This document shows, in pieces, positions 15,729-24,628 of a stretch of 29,411 bases of DNA (positions within the stretch are counted from its first letter, which is position 1; each line of letters begins with the position of its first letter). The translations under genes and the position numbers were made by a program. A model generated the notes under the pieces. The model was not told the DNA's origin. It ran no database searches and saw nothing but the letters and a program-made list of their open reading frames with translations. The stretch is from Christensenellaceae bacterium. Lineage in GTDB: Bacteria; Bacillota; Clostridia; Christensenellales; UBA1750. Where the stretch lies: the NCBI GenBank assembly GCA_031287285.1, contig JAITTC010000267.1, forward strand, positions 1 through 29,411, in the 5' to 3' direction.

Positions 15729-17168
15729 CTATAGCTCGCCGGTCCATTCCGCCAGCGCCAGGATGTAGATCTCGATTCCCTTGAGCAGGTCATCCACATA
15801 AAGCGCCTCATCGGGCGCGTGGGCACCGCCGTGCCCGGGCGGGAAGAGCGCCGGATCCTGCGCATGCCCTAAGCCCTTTGGCAGGCCCATGCCAAAGACC
15901 AGCCCGTTTGGCAGCTTGCGCGCGTAGGTGCCGCCGCTCATCGCGTAGGGCTCTGCCTGCGCGCCCGCGACCTCGTTAAAGGCCTTCGTCAGCGCCTTCA
16001 CCACAGGGCTTTCCTTGGGGAAGTGATTTGGCTTGTTCGCCTGCACGAGCTGTGCCTTGTAAGCGCCCCGTTCACAGGCCTTGGCGATGCCCGCCAAGAG
16101 TTCCTCGAGCTTTGCCGTGACGGGGTAGCGAATGTTGAACTGCAAGACGGGCCGTCTTTGCTCGTCAAGGCTCAAAAGGCTGCCCACGGAGGTCAGCGCG
16201 CCGCTGATCTCGTCCTCGCAGGCGATGCCAAAGCCGAAGCCGTTCAAGCCGATGCCCGCTTTGAGCAAAAACGCCAGGGCATTTTCGTCCCCATCGCCCA
16301 AAATCCCGGCGAAGAACAGCCCGCGCAGCAGCTTTTGGATGGCGTTCACGCCACCCTCTGGCCTGGCCGAGTGGCTGGCCACGCCGTGCGCCCGGATTTT
16401 GACGCTTTTTTCGCCATGTTCCGCCTCAAGGCCATCGGGAAGGCCCTTTTGGAGCTTTTCTGTAAGCGCTTCGCCTGCCTTCAGCTCGATTTCGGCCAGA
16501 TCCGGCACGATGTTGCTGGCCTGTCCGCCCCTGAGCGCCAAAACGGCCTCGCTCAAGGGGGCGTCACCCAAGAGCTTGATCTCGATGATGCCCTTTTCGG
16601 CAAAGCCCACGGGGAAGGAGCCGTCCGCCACCAACGACAGCGCGGGCGCCTCGTAGTTTGCGACATAATGCGTCGCATCGTCCATGCCCGTTTCCTCGCT
16701 GCAGCCCAGGAAGATGCGCAGGGGCTTTGCTGGGCGCAGGCCCAGCTCCTTCATCGCAAGCGCCGCATAGAGCGCGCCGACCGCGGGGCCCTTATTGTCG
16801 GCAACGCCGCGGCCGATGAGGTAACCCTCCTTTTCGATGGGTGAAAAGGGCTGAGCGTGCAGCCAGCCTTCGCCCGGCGGAACCACGTCCAGATGCCCCC
16901 AGATGCCGATGCTGCCGGGGGCCGTTTCGCCTTCGCCAAGCCAAAGCGCGCCGACCTTATAGTCGTAATTTTGCGTAAAAAAGCCCAGTTCCGCGCCGAG
17001 TTTCAAGGCCTCGTCCAGCACGTCGCGGCAGGCCTTTCCGTAGGGGCCGGGCTGCGCGCCAGAGTCGCTGATGCTTGGAATGCGCGCCAGCCGGAGGATA
17101 TCCCTCACGATCTGCGGCCGTTTTTCCTCCAGCCAAGCCCGCACGCTTTTTCGCGTTTCGCTGCTCAT
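15729..17168 (-). CDS. M20 metallo-dipeptidase (PepV/Sapep-like)
   Basis: GHLDVVP, GRGVADNKGP, GCSEETGM, ADGSF, SGGTYAR, AHAPDE. Confidence 0.9.
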   Translation of the reverse strand: MSSETRKSVRAWLEEKRPQIVRDILRLARIPSISDSGAQPGPYGKACRDVLDEALKLGAELGFFTQNYDYKVGALWLGEGETAPGSIGIWGHLDVVPPGEGWLHAQPFSPIEKEGYLIGRGVADNKGPAVGALYAALAMKELGLRPAKPLRIFLGCSEETGMDDATHYVANYEAPALSLVADGSFPVGFAEKGIIEIKLLGDAPLSEAVLALRGGQASNIVPDLAEIELKAGEALTEKLQKGLPDGLEAEHGEKSVKIRAHGVASHSARPEGGVNAIQKLLRGLFFAGILGDGDENALAFLLKAGIGLNGFGFGIACEDEISGALTSVGSLLSLDEQRRPVLQFNIRYPVTAKLEELLAGIAKACERGAYKAQLVQANKPNHFPKESPVVKALTKAFNEVAGAQAEPYAMSGGTYARKLPNGLVFGMGLPKGLGHAQDPALFPPGHGGAHAPDEALYVDDLLKGIEIYILALAEWTGEL

Positions 17169-17193
17169 AGAAAGCCCTCCTTCTCAATCGCCT

Positions 17194-18300
17194 TTAATCG
17201 AGTACGATCAGTTCCCTGGGGAAGTGGTTCAGCGCCTCCGCGCCCCTTTCGCAGGCGGCGAGCAGGTTTTCGATCCGAACGCCAAAGCGGCCGGGCAGGT
17301 AGATCCCGGGCTCGTTCGAGAACACCATGCCGGGGTGGATGACGGTCTTTTCGCCGTGCACCGCGGAGGGGCCCTCGTGCACGTCGAGGCCTATGCCGTG
17401 GCCGAGGCGGTGCGTGAAGAACTCGCCATAGCCCTGGCCCGCGATGTATTCCCGCGCTGCGTCGTCCACCTCGCCCAAGCTGCTGCCGGGCCTTGCCGCC
17501 GCCTCCGCGCGCAGATGCGCTTCTAAAACGATGTGATAGACCTTCTCAAACTCGGGCTCCGGCTTGCCGAAGTGAACGGTGCGGGTGATGTCGCTGCAGT
17601 AGCCCTCCACGCGGCCGCCAAAGTCCGCCAGCAGGCAGCTGCCGTCTTCAATGGGCACATCGCTCGTGCGGTGATGCGGCTCCGCGGCGCCCGGGCCCAC
17701 GGCGATCAGCGCGCCATAGGCCTCAAGGCCCAGCGCGCGCATCTCGGCGGTCAAGGCCTCTGAAAACTCCCTTTCGGTCTTGCCGATCCACTCGCGCCCG
17801 CGCTTTAAAACGGCGCGCAGGGCTTCGTCTGCCCCTGCGCTCGCCCTGCGGATGGCGCGAAGCTCGCTCTCATCCTTAATCAGGCGCTGCCCCTCGGTCA
17901 AAGCATCGCCAAGAACGAAGCTTGAGCCTGGCAGGCTTTGCTGAATCGCCAAGGCGAAGCGCGCGGGCAGCGAAGCTTCCAGCGCGACCTTGCAGACCTT
18001 GAAGCCGCGCTCTTCCAGCGCCGCCTTTAGCAGGGCGTAGGGGTTTTCGCCATCCGCCCAATAGAGCTTTTCGCCGATGGGCAGGCGCTCGACCTGCAGG
18101 CGATAGAGCAAATTGGCGATGAAAAAGGGCTCCCCCTCCTTTGGCAGCACGAGGGCGAGCAGGCGCTCGTCCCCGCGCGGCGGGTAGCCCGTTAAATAGA
18201 ATAGGTTCGAGGATGCGCCGGCCACGAACAGATCGACGCCGAGGCCTTGCATTTCCGCCTGCGTGCGGCGGATGCGCCCCTCAAAAATGCCTTCGTTCAT
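17194..18300 (-). CDS. Xaa-Pro peptidase (M24B, PepQ/PepP-like)
   Basis: Metal ligands in ADFGG, YCSDITRT, GHGIGLDVHE, NEPGIY and GVRIE. ATGA overlap with the oppF stop. Confidence 0.92.
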   Translation of the reverse strand: MNEGIFEGRIRRTQAEMQGLGVDLFVAGASSNLFYLTGYPPRGDERLLALVLPKEGEPFFIANLLYRLQVERLPIGEKLYWADGENPYALLKAALEERGFKVCKVALEASLPARFALAIQQSLPGSSFVLGDALTEGQRLIKDESELRAIRRASAGADEALRAVLKRGREWIGKTEREFSEALTAEMRALGLEAYGALIAVGPGAAEPHHRTSDVPIEDGSCLLADFGGRVEGYCSDITRTVHFGKPEPEFEKVYHIVLEAHLRAEAAARPGSSLGEVDDAAREYIAGQGYGEFFTHRLGHGIGLDVHEGPSAVHGEKTVIHPGMVFSNEPGIYLPGRFGVRIENLLAACERGAEALNHFPRELIVLD

Positions 18301-19256
18301 ATGAAGTTCGCCTCCAAGCTTTGATTCCAGGGGCTTTCGCTCCAGCGCGAAAACTGCTCGCCGGTGGCCAGCACGAAGTGCCCCTTTCCGGCCTGATGGT
18401 ATTCGCCCTCGCCGTAGTCGATCCCTTCCGCGCGAACGTCGTAGCGCAGGGTTTTGCGGATGCGCTCAAGCCTTGGATCGGGCCTTGGGATCGCGCTGAG
18501 CAGCGACCTCGTGTAGGGATGCGTGGGATTTTGGAAGATCGCCTCGGTCGGGCCGTATTCCACGAGCTTGCCGTAGTGCAGGACCCCGATTTGATCCGAG
18601 ATGTACTTGACCATCGAAAGGTCGTGCGAGATGAACAAGAGGGCGATCCCGGTATCGCGCTGAATCGCCTTCATGAGATTCACCACCTGCGCCTGCACCG
18701 AAACGTCGAGCGCCGAAATCGCCTCGTCCGCGATGATGAGGTCCGGGTTCATGATCAGCGCCCGCGCGATGCCCACGCGCTGCTTTTGCCCGCCAGAGAA
18801 CTGGTGCGGGAAGCGCAGGGCGTGCTCTGCGCTGAGGCCGACCCTTTCGAGCAAAGAAAAGACCCTTTCCTTGCGCTCTGCGGCGCTCCCGCATAGGTGG
18901 TTGATGTCAAGGCCTTCGGCGATTAAGTCGAGCACCTTGCGGCGGGGGTTCAGCGACGCGGAGGGATCCTGAAAGATCATCTGCATTTTCAGGTGGAGCA
19001 TCCTGCGGGTTTCGCTGTCGAGCCGGCCCGCGATCTCCTTGCCGTTGAAGGCGATTTGCCCGGCCGTCGGCTCATAAAGCCTGATCAGCGAGCGCCCGAT
19101 GGTCGATTTGCCGCTGCCGCTCTCGCCCACCAGTCCGTAGGTCTGCCCGCGCTCAATCGAAAAGCTTACGCCGTCCACAGCCCTGACGGTCAGCTTCTGG
19201 CTCAGCCTAAAGTGCTGCTTTAGATCCCTTACTTCCAACAGGGGCCTTGCTTCCAT
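18297..19256 (-). CDS. oppF: Oligopeptide ABC transporter ATP-binding protein
   Basis: GESGSGKST, QMIFQDP, FSGGQKQR, IIADEAISALD, ISHDL, HPYT. Start at ATG 19256 after AAGGAGGG. Confidence 0.92.
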   Translation of the reverse strand: MEARPLLEVRDLKQHFRLSQKLTVRAVDGVSFSIERGQTYGLVGESGSGKSTIGRSLIRLYEPTAGQIAFNGKEIAGRLDSETRRMLHLKMQMIFQDPSASLNPRRKVLDLIAEGLDINHLCGSAAERKERVFSLLERVGLSAEHALRFPHQFSGGQKQRVGIARALIMNPDLIIADEAISALDVSVQAQVVNLMKAIQRDTGIALLFISHDLSMVKYISDQIGVLHYGKLVEYGPTEAIFQNPTHPYTRSLLSAIPRPDPRLERIRKTLRYDVRAEGIDYGEGEYHQAGKGHFVLATGEQFSRWSESPWNQSLEANFI

Positions 19257-19285
19257 CCCATTTCCCTCCTTCAAAAAGGCGCTCG

Positions 19286-20374
19286 TCACGGCTTTGCAAA
19301 GCGCGGCGGCCGTTCGACCTTTGGCGCTTTTTCGTGCAGGAGCCAGGTCGCGGCAAAGTGCGTTTCGCTCACCTTGAACATCGGCGCTTCGCGCCGAAAG
19401 TCGATGTTCAGGGCGTATTCGTTGCGCGGGGCGAAGGGCTCGCCCACGGTTTCGCCCACCATGTTGGGCGGGTTGCCGGGGATGGTGTACAGCTCGCCAG
19501 AATCCATCTCCACATCCGGCATGGCCAGGAGCAGCCCCCAGGTATAGGGGTGGCGCGGGTCGTAGAAGATCTCGTCAGAAAGGCCTCTTTCGACGACGCG
19601 CCCCGCGTACATCACGGCGATCTCATCCGCCACCTTGGCCACCACGCCAAGGTCGTGGGTGATGTAGATCACCGAAAGGCCGAGCTTTCGCTGCAGCTCC
19701 TGAATGAGCTCGAGGATGCGCGACTGAATGGTCACATCAAGCGCCGTGGTCGGCTCGTCGCAGATCAGGATTTCTGGATTGCACGAGAGCGCCATCGCGA
19801 TGACCACCCTTTGCCGCATTCCGCCGGAAAGCTGGTGGGGGTAGCTCTTCATGCGGCTTTCGGCCTCCGGAATCTCGACGAGCGAGAGCAGGCGCACGGC
19901 TTCCGCCCTTGCCTGCGCGCTGCCCATCCCCAAATGGTCGCGCAGGCCCTCCATCAGCTGCTTGCCGATGGGCATCGTGGGGTCTAGGGAGGTCATGGGG
20001 TCTTGAAACACCATGGCGATGCGCTTGCCGTTGATCTCGCGGCGCATTTCGCGCCTTTTCAGCCCGAAAAGCTCGGTTTTTTTGCCGCCTGGGCCGCTTA
20101 AGACCGCGCTGCCGCTCTCGATGCTGGCGTTTTCACCCAGCAGGCCGGCGAGCGCCTTCACGGTCACGGATTTGCCGCTGCCGCTCTCGCCCACGATGGC
20201 CAGGGTCTTGCCCTTTTTCAGGTCAAAATCCACGCCGCGCACGGCGCTGACCACGCCGTAGCTCGTCTTAAAGCGCACCGAGAGATTTCGCACCGAAAGC
20301 AAAATATCATCGGCCCAAAGCGCCTCGTTTTGCGGGCTCTTCTGCCCGTTGTTCAGCTCGCTCATTCCGCTCAC
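19286..20374 (-). CDS. oppD: Oligopeptide ABC transporter ATP-binding protein
   Basis: GESGSGKS, MVFQDPMTSLDP, LSGGMRQR, DEPTTALDVTIQ, ITHDL, HPYTWGLL. Start is GTG 20374 or ATG 20365. Confidence 0.93.
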   Translation of the reverse strand: MSGMSELNNGQKSPQNEALWADDILLSVRNLSVRFKTSYGVVSAVRGVDFDLKKGKTLAIVGESGSGKSVTVKALAGLLGENASIESGSAVLSGPGGKKTELFGLKRREMRREINGKRIAMVFQDPMTSLDPTMPIGKQLMEGLRDHLGMGSAQARAEAVRLLSLVEIPEAESRMKSYPHQLSGGMRQRVVIAMALSCNPEILICDEPTTALDVTIQSRILELIQELQRKLGLSVIYITHDLGVVAKVADEIAVMYAGRVVERGLSDEIFYDPRHPYTWGLLLAMPDVEMDSGELYTIPGNPPNMVGETVGEPFAPRNEYALNIDFRREAPMFKVSETHFAATWLLHEKAPKVERPPRFAKP

Positions 20375-21462
20375 CTATCCTTCATCCTGGGGTCGAGCGC
20401 GTCGCGCAGCCCGTCTGCCAAGAGATTGAAGCTCAGCATCAGCAGCCCAAGCACCACCACGGGGAAGATCATCATATAGGGGTGCGCCGTGAGGGACTTG
20501 AACGAGTCCGAGATGATGGAGCCGAGCGACGCCATCGGCACGGGGATGCCGATGCCGATGAAGGCCAAAAACGCCTCTGAAAAGATCGCGCTTGGAATCG
20601 AGAACATCGACATGACCAGGAGCTGCCCGATGATGTTGGGCAGGACCTCCTTCGAGATGAGGAAGAAGGGCCGGGCGCCCAAGGTGCGCGCCGCCAGCAC
20701 GAATTCCTGCTCCTTGAGCTTGATCATCTGCGCTCTTGCCACGCGGCTCATGCCGATCCAGCCGGTGAGCATCAGGGCGAGGATGATGCTGAGAAGCCCT
20801 GGCTTGAGCACGATGATGAGCAAGGTGATGATGATGAGATTGGGGATGCCGTGCAAAACCTCGACGATGCGCTGCATCACCATATCGACCTTGCCGCCAA
20901 AATAACCGGAAATCAGACCGTAGCTCATGCCAAAGAGCATGTCGATCAGCACGGCGACCAGCGCGATGAACAGGGAGATTCGAGTCCCTTCCCAGGTCCT
21001 GGTGAAGAGATCGCGGCCGAGCACGTCGGTGCCGAACCAGTGGTAGACGGTTTCGCCGTCTTCGAGCTTTTCGTATTTGTTGACGATCTTGACGCCGGTC
21101 GACATCGGCACGGCCTCTCTGCCGTCTAAAAAGCCCAATTTTTCAAGGCCCTGGATGCGGGGGGCCATATTGTCATGCCCCGTAAGCTGCTGCTCGTAGC
21201 TGTAGCCGCTGACGAGAGGGCCGATGAGCGCAAACAGCACGATCAGCACGATGAAGAACAGCGAGCAGAGCGCGCCGCGGTTCCTCGCCAGGCGCCCCAT
21301 GGCCTCCTTGGTGAAGGAAACGGGCGAAATCGGCTCTGCGGCCAGAGCCGCAAAATCCCCCTCCGCGGCGAACTCAAAGTCGTGCTCGTCAAAGGCGAAT
21401 TCCTCGGCCGCGGGCGGTGTTGCCCCCGCGTGAAGCCGCGTTTCGGCGTTTTCAATCGTCAT
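20371..21462 (-). CDS. oppC: Oligopeptide ABC transporter permease
   Basis: HWFGTDVLGRD, GLISGYFGG, EFVLAARTLGA, EAFLAFIGIG, DGLRDALDP. Confidence 0.93.
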   Translation of the reverse strand: MTIENAETRLHAGATPPAAEEFAFDEHDFEFAAEGDFAALAAEPISPVSFTKEAMGRLARNRGALCSLFFIVLIVLFALIGPLVSGYSYEQQLTGHDNMAPRIQGLEKLGFLDGREAVPMSTGVKIVNKYEKLEDGETVYHWFGTDVLGRDLFTRTWEGTRISLFIALVAVLIDMLFGMSYGLISGYFGGKVDMVMQRIVEVLHGIPNLIIITLLIIVLKPGLLSIILALMLTGWIGMSRVARAQMIKLKEQEFVLAARTLGARPFFLISKEVLPNIIGQLLVMSMFSIPSAIFSEAFLAFIGIGIPVPMASLGSIISDSFKSLTAHPYMMIFPVVVLGLLMLSFNLLADGLRDALDPRMKDR

Positions 21463-22400
21463 GACTGCGAAGCCCCCTTTGCCAGGCGAATCCTCGGGTC
21501 GATGACGCCATAGAGGATATCCACCACCAGCATGATGGCGATGTACAGCAGGCTATATACGAAGGATAGCGCCGTCACCACCGAGTAGTCGTTGGCCTGA
21601 ATGCCCTCGACCAGGAGCTGGCCGACCCCGGGAACCGAAAAGATGCGCTCCACCACCAGGCTGCCGGTCATCAGCCCCACGACCAGCGGCGCCAGCACCG
21701 TGACCACGGGGATGAGCGCGTTGCGCAGCGCGTGGCGGGCGATCAGACGGAAGCCGTCGATGCCGCGGCTTTGCGCGAAGAGGATGTAGTCTGAGCTGAG
21801 GACTTCCAAAAGCTCGGTGCGGGTAAAGCGCGCGATGGAGGCCATGGTGAACAGGCTGAGCGCCACCGTCGCCAGCACCGAGGATTGAAAGGGCAGGGCA
21901 TCCTGATAGAGGATGGGGAACCACTTGAGCTTAAAGCCAAAGAGGTACGACAGCCCCAGGGCGAACACATACGAGGGAATGCTCACCCCGACGACGGAGA
22001 GAACCGTGCAGAGGGTATCCCAAATCGTGTTGTGCTTCAGCGCCGCCACGATGCCCAAAATCAGCCCGAGGAAGGTGCCCAGCAGGATGGCCTGGCCGCC
22101 GATGCGCATCGAAACCGGGAGCCTGCTGCTTAAAAAGCTCGAAATGGGCACGTTTTTCTGAATCGCGTAGGAAACGCCGAAATCCCCGCTGAAGGTGTTC
22201 TTCATAAAGTTCCAAAATTGCACCAGAATGGGCTGATCCAGCCCATATCTGGCCCGAAGCGTGGCGATCTGCTCGGGGGAAAGGCGCTCGTCGTTAAAGG
22301 GGGAGCCCGGCAGAAAGGTCATCAGCACAAAGAGGATCAGCACGATGAGCAAGAGCGTCAGCACCGCGATCGCAGCCCGCTTGAGGATGTAGGCTCTCAT
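21459..22400 (-). CDS. oppB: Oligopeptide ABC transporter permease
   Basis: RYGLDQP, GDFGVS, PSYVFA, DYILFAQSRG, HALRNAL, VERIFSVPGVG, DILYGVIDPRI. Confidence 0.93.
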   Translation of the reverse strand: MRAYILKRAAIAVLTLLLIVLILFVLMTFLPGSPFNDERLSPEQIATLRARYGLDQPILVQFWNFMKNTFSGDFGVSYAIQKNVPISSFLSSRLPVSMRIGGQAILLGTFLGLILGIVAALKHNTIWDTLCTVLSVVGVSIPSYVFALGLSYLFGFKLKWFPILYQDALPFQSSVLATVALSLFTMASIARFTRTELLEVLSSDYILFAQSRGIDGFRLIARHALRNALIPVVTVLAPLVVGLMTGSLVVERIFSVPGVGQLLVEGIQANDYSVVTALSFVYSLLYIAIMLVVDILYGVIDPRIRLAKGASQS

Positions 22401-22437
22401 GCCCTTACCCCCTCCTTTTTTAGTCTTTTACGCCGCA

Positions 22438-22471
22438 GGGGAGAAAAGGGGTTTTTTGCCCCTTTCTCCCC
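22438..22471. other. Intercistronic hairpin between oppA and oppB (mRNA-stabilising or partial terminator)
   Basis: GGGGAGAAA(A)GGGG / CCCCTTTCTCCCC. No U-tract on the coding strand. Confidence 0.55.
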
Positions 22472-22504
22472 GCGAAGCGCTTTATTTGGGAAGCCTGCGT
22501 TTGT

Positions 22505-24208
22505 TTATTGCTCGATCACCGCGTAGCGCGAGATCAGGGTGCCCGTGGTCGTGAACTCGATGCCCTTGACGTAGGGCTTGATGAGGTAAGCGTTGGCCTT
22601 TTGGTAAACGGGGAAGACCGCAGCGTCTTCGCCGATGATCTGCTCCGCGTCCTGCAGGGCCTTGAGGCGCGCCGGAATGTCGTTGATGAGCTCGTCGGAG
22701 GCGGACTTCTCAAGGCGGTCGAACTCGGCGTTTGACCAGCTGCCGTAGTTATAGGTGCTGCCGGTCAGGAAGAGATCGAGGAAGGTCGTCGCGTCTGAAT
22801 AGTCGGGGCCCCAGCGGGTCAGCGCAAGCTCGTAGTCGTGCGCCGCCATGCGCTCGACGCGGTTCTTTTTGGGCATCTGCTCGATGGTGATGGTCACGCC
22901 GGGCAGGTTTTCTTGAATCTGCGCCTGCAGGTACTGCGAGGCGTTGATGGTGGCTTCATTATCTTCCACGAGGAGGGTGAAACTGACTTCGCTTACGCCG
23001 AGCTCTTCCGGGGCCTTCTGCCAGTATTCCTTGGCAAGCTCCTTGTTGACCTCTAAAAAGGGCTTCGTCAGGTCGCGGAAGTCGGCGCCGTCTGCCGTGA
23101 TGTGGGTGAGCTTGGTCACGATATAGTCGGCGGGCACGGAGCCGTCCTTCAGGACGGTCTTTACCAGCGCTTCCTTATCGAAAGAGAGGGCGAGCGCCTT
23201 GCGCAGGTTGAGATTATCGAGCCCTGGAACTAGGACGTTCGGGCTCAGATACCACAGCGCGCCCGTTAAAACCGGGGTGAACTCCGGGGCGTCGCTATAG
23301 AGCTCGGCCTGCTCGCCGCCCAGAACCACCACGTCGATATCGCCGTTTTCATAGGCGAGAACGGCCTGCTGGCTGTCTTTAACGACCTGGTAGGTCAGGC
23401 CGTCCACGCTGATGCGATCGGCGAAAACATAGTCGGGGTTTTTAACCATCTCGATGAAGGTGGCCGAGGGCTGGTAGCTCTTGAGCAGGAAGGCGCCGTT
23501 AGAAAGCGTGGTTTCCGGCGAGGTGCCGTACTGGTCGCCCTGCGCCTTATAGAAGGCTTCGTTCACCGGGAAGAAGCTGCCCATCGCAAGAGCGGTTTCC
23601 ACGTAGGGGATCGGCCTTTCGAAGCGAACCTCGAGGGTCTTGTCGTCGATTGCGGTGATGCCAAGCTCTTCCTTTGGCAGTTCGCCGTCGATGACCTCAT
23701 CGGCGTTGAGCACCGCCGTGGTGCGCAGCAGGATGGAGTATTGCAGGGCGTTGGCCGGGTCTGCCAATTCGCGCCAAGAGAAGACGAAGTCATGTGCGGT
23801 GACGGGGTCGCCGTTTGACCAAACCGCGTCTTTTAAATGATAGGTGAAAACGAGGTTGTCGTCGCTCTTGTCGACGCTTTCGGCCAGGGCCAGGCGGGGA
23901 ACGCCGTCCGCATCGCGGATATACAGGCCCACGTTCAGGGAGCCGGTTACGTTCAGGGCGATGGTGTCTTCCGCCTTCAGGGTGTCAAGCGTGGCGGCTT
24001 CGCCTTCAAGGGCCAGATGCAGGATGTTCGGGCGCGTTTCGCCTGCCGAGGGCGACTCCGGCGCGGCAGCTGACTCGGTGGGCGCCGCCGTTTCGCCTGC
24101 CGGGGCCGAGGTTGCGGGCGAGGGGCTGGGCGATGCGCAGGCCGTCAGCGCGACGAAGAGCGCAAGCGCCAGCAGCAGGGAAAGGGCCTTTTTAGCTTTG
24201 CTTTGCAT
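22505..24208 (-). CDS. oppA: Oligopeptide-binding lipoprotein
   Basis: Lipobox VALTAC, WSNGDPVTAHDFVFSW, SNGAF, NLRKAL, WGPDYSDATTFLD. Confidence 0.92.
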   Translation of the reverse strand: MQSKAKKALSLLLALALFVALTACASPSPSPATSAPAGETAAPTESAAAPESPSAGETRPNILHLALEGEAATLDTLKAEDTIALNVTGSLNVGLYIRDADGVPRLALAESVDKSDDNLVFTYHLKDAVWSNGDPVTAHDFVFSWRELADPANALQYSILLRTTAVLNADEVIDGELPKEELGITAIDDKTLEVRFERPIPYVETALAMGSFFPVNEAFYKAQGDQYGTSPETTLSNGAFLLKSYQPSATFIEMVKNPDYVFADRISVDGLTYQVVKDSQQAVLAYENGDIDVVVLGGEQAELYSDAPEFTPVLTGALWYLSPNVLVPGLDNLNLRKALALSFDKEALVKTVLKDGSVPADYIVTKLTHITADGADFRDLTKPFLEVNKELAKEYWQKAPEELGVSEVSFTLLVEDNEATINASQYLQAQIQENLPGVTITIEQMPKKNRVERMAAHDYELALTRWGPDYSDATTFLDLFLTGSTYNYGSWSNAEFDRLEKSASDELINDIPARLKALQDAEQIIGEDAAVFPVYQKANAYLIKPYVKGIEFTTTGTLISRYAVIEQ

Positions 24209-24340
24209 GGTGTGGTTCCTCCTCTAGTATTTCGTATGCGTTCAGATGGTGAGATCCGGCTTCTTTGAAAGAGCAAAGGGGCCGCGGCATCGCTCCTTTT
24301 GGCCGAAGCGCCGGTGCGTGGTCATCGGAATTCTTTCTTT

Positions 24341-24375
24341 CCAAATAAGCATATCATTCATATATGTTTATTTGG
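24341..24375. promoter_or_regulatory. Inverted repeat just downstream of the oppA promoter (candidate operator)
   Basis: CCAAATAAGCATAT-CATTCAT-ATATGTTTATTTGG, 13/14 symmetric. Confidence 0.45.
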
Positions 24376-24387
24376 TATCTTTATCTT

Positions 24388-24415
24388 AGTATATTCACGC
24401 CCGCAGAACTGTCAA
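24388..24415 (-). promoter_or_regulatory. Promoter of the opp operon
   Basis: Minus strand TTGACA (24415-24410), 16 bp, TATACT (24393-24388). Confidence 0.6.
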
Positions 24416-24581
24416 CCGTTTTTTCTTTCGCGCATTGTAAAGTTTTTGCGCTTTTTAGCGAGCACCGCGGTAAAATAAAAGGGGCGCGTCCCTGCTGGGG
24501 CGCGACCTCATCGTCACAGGCCCTAGATTAGCACAAATGCGGCATTTCGTCAATGGCGCTCTTTCATTTCGGCCAAAAACA

Positions 24582-24590
24582 TGGTACCAT
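24582..24590 (+). promoter_or_regulatory. Possible extended -10 for the amidohydrolase operon
   Basis: TG-G-TACCAT about 40 bp upstream of the GTG start. The -35 match is poor. Confidence 0.3.
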
Positions 24591-24628
24591 AGGCGAAACA
24601 GCCACGCAAAGCTTAAGGAGGCGCCGCC

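Noticed and set aside
9190-24130. Shared PATSAPA linker in the sugar-binding protein and OppA
   Set aside because: Low-complexity Pro/Ala/Thr/Ser tethers are typical of Gram-positive lipoproteins, and the match is too short to imply more.
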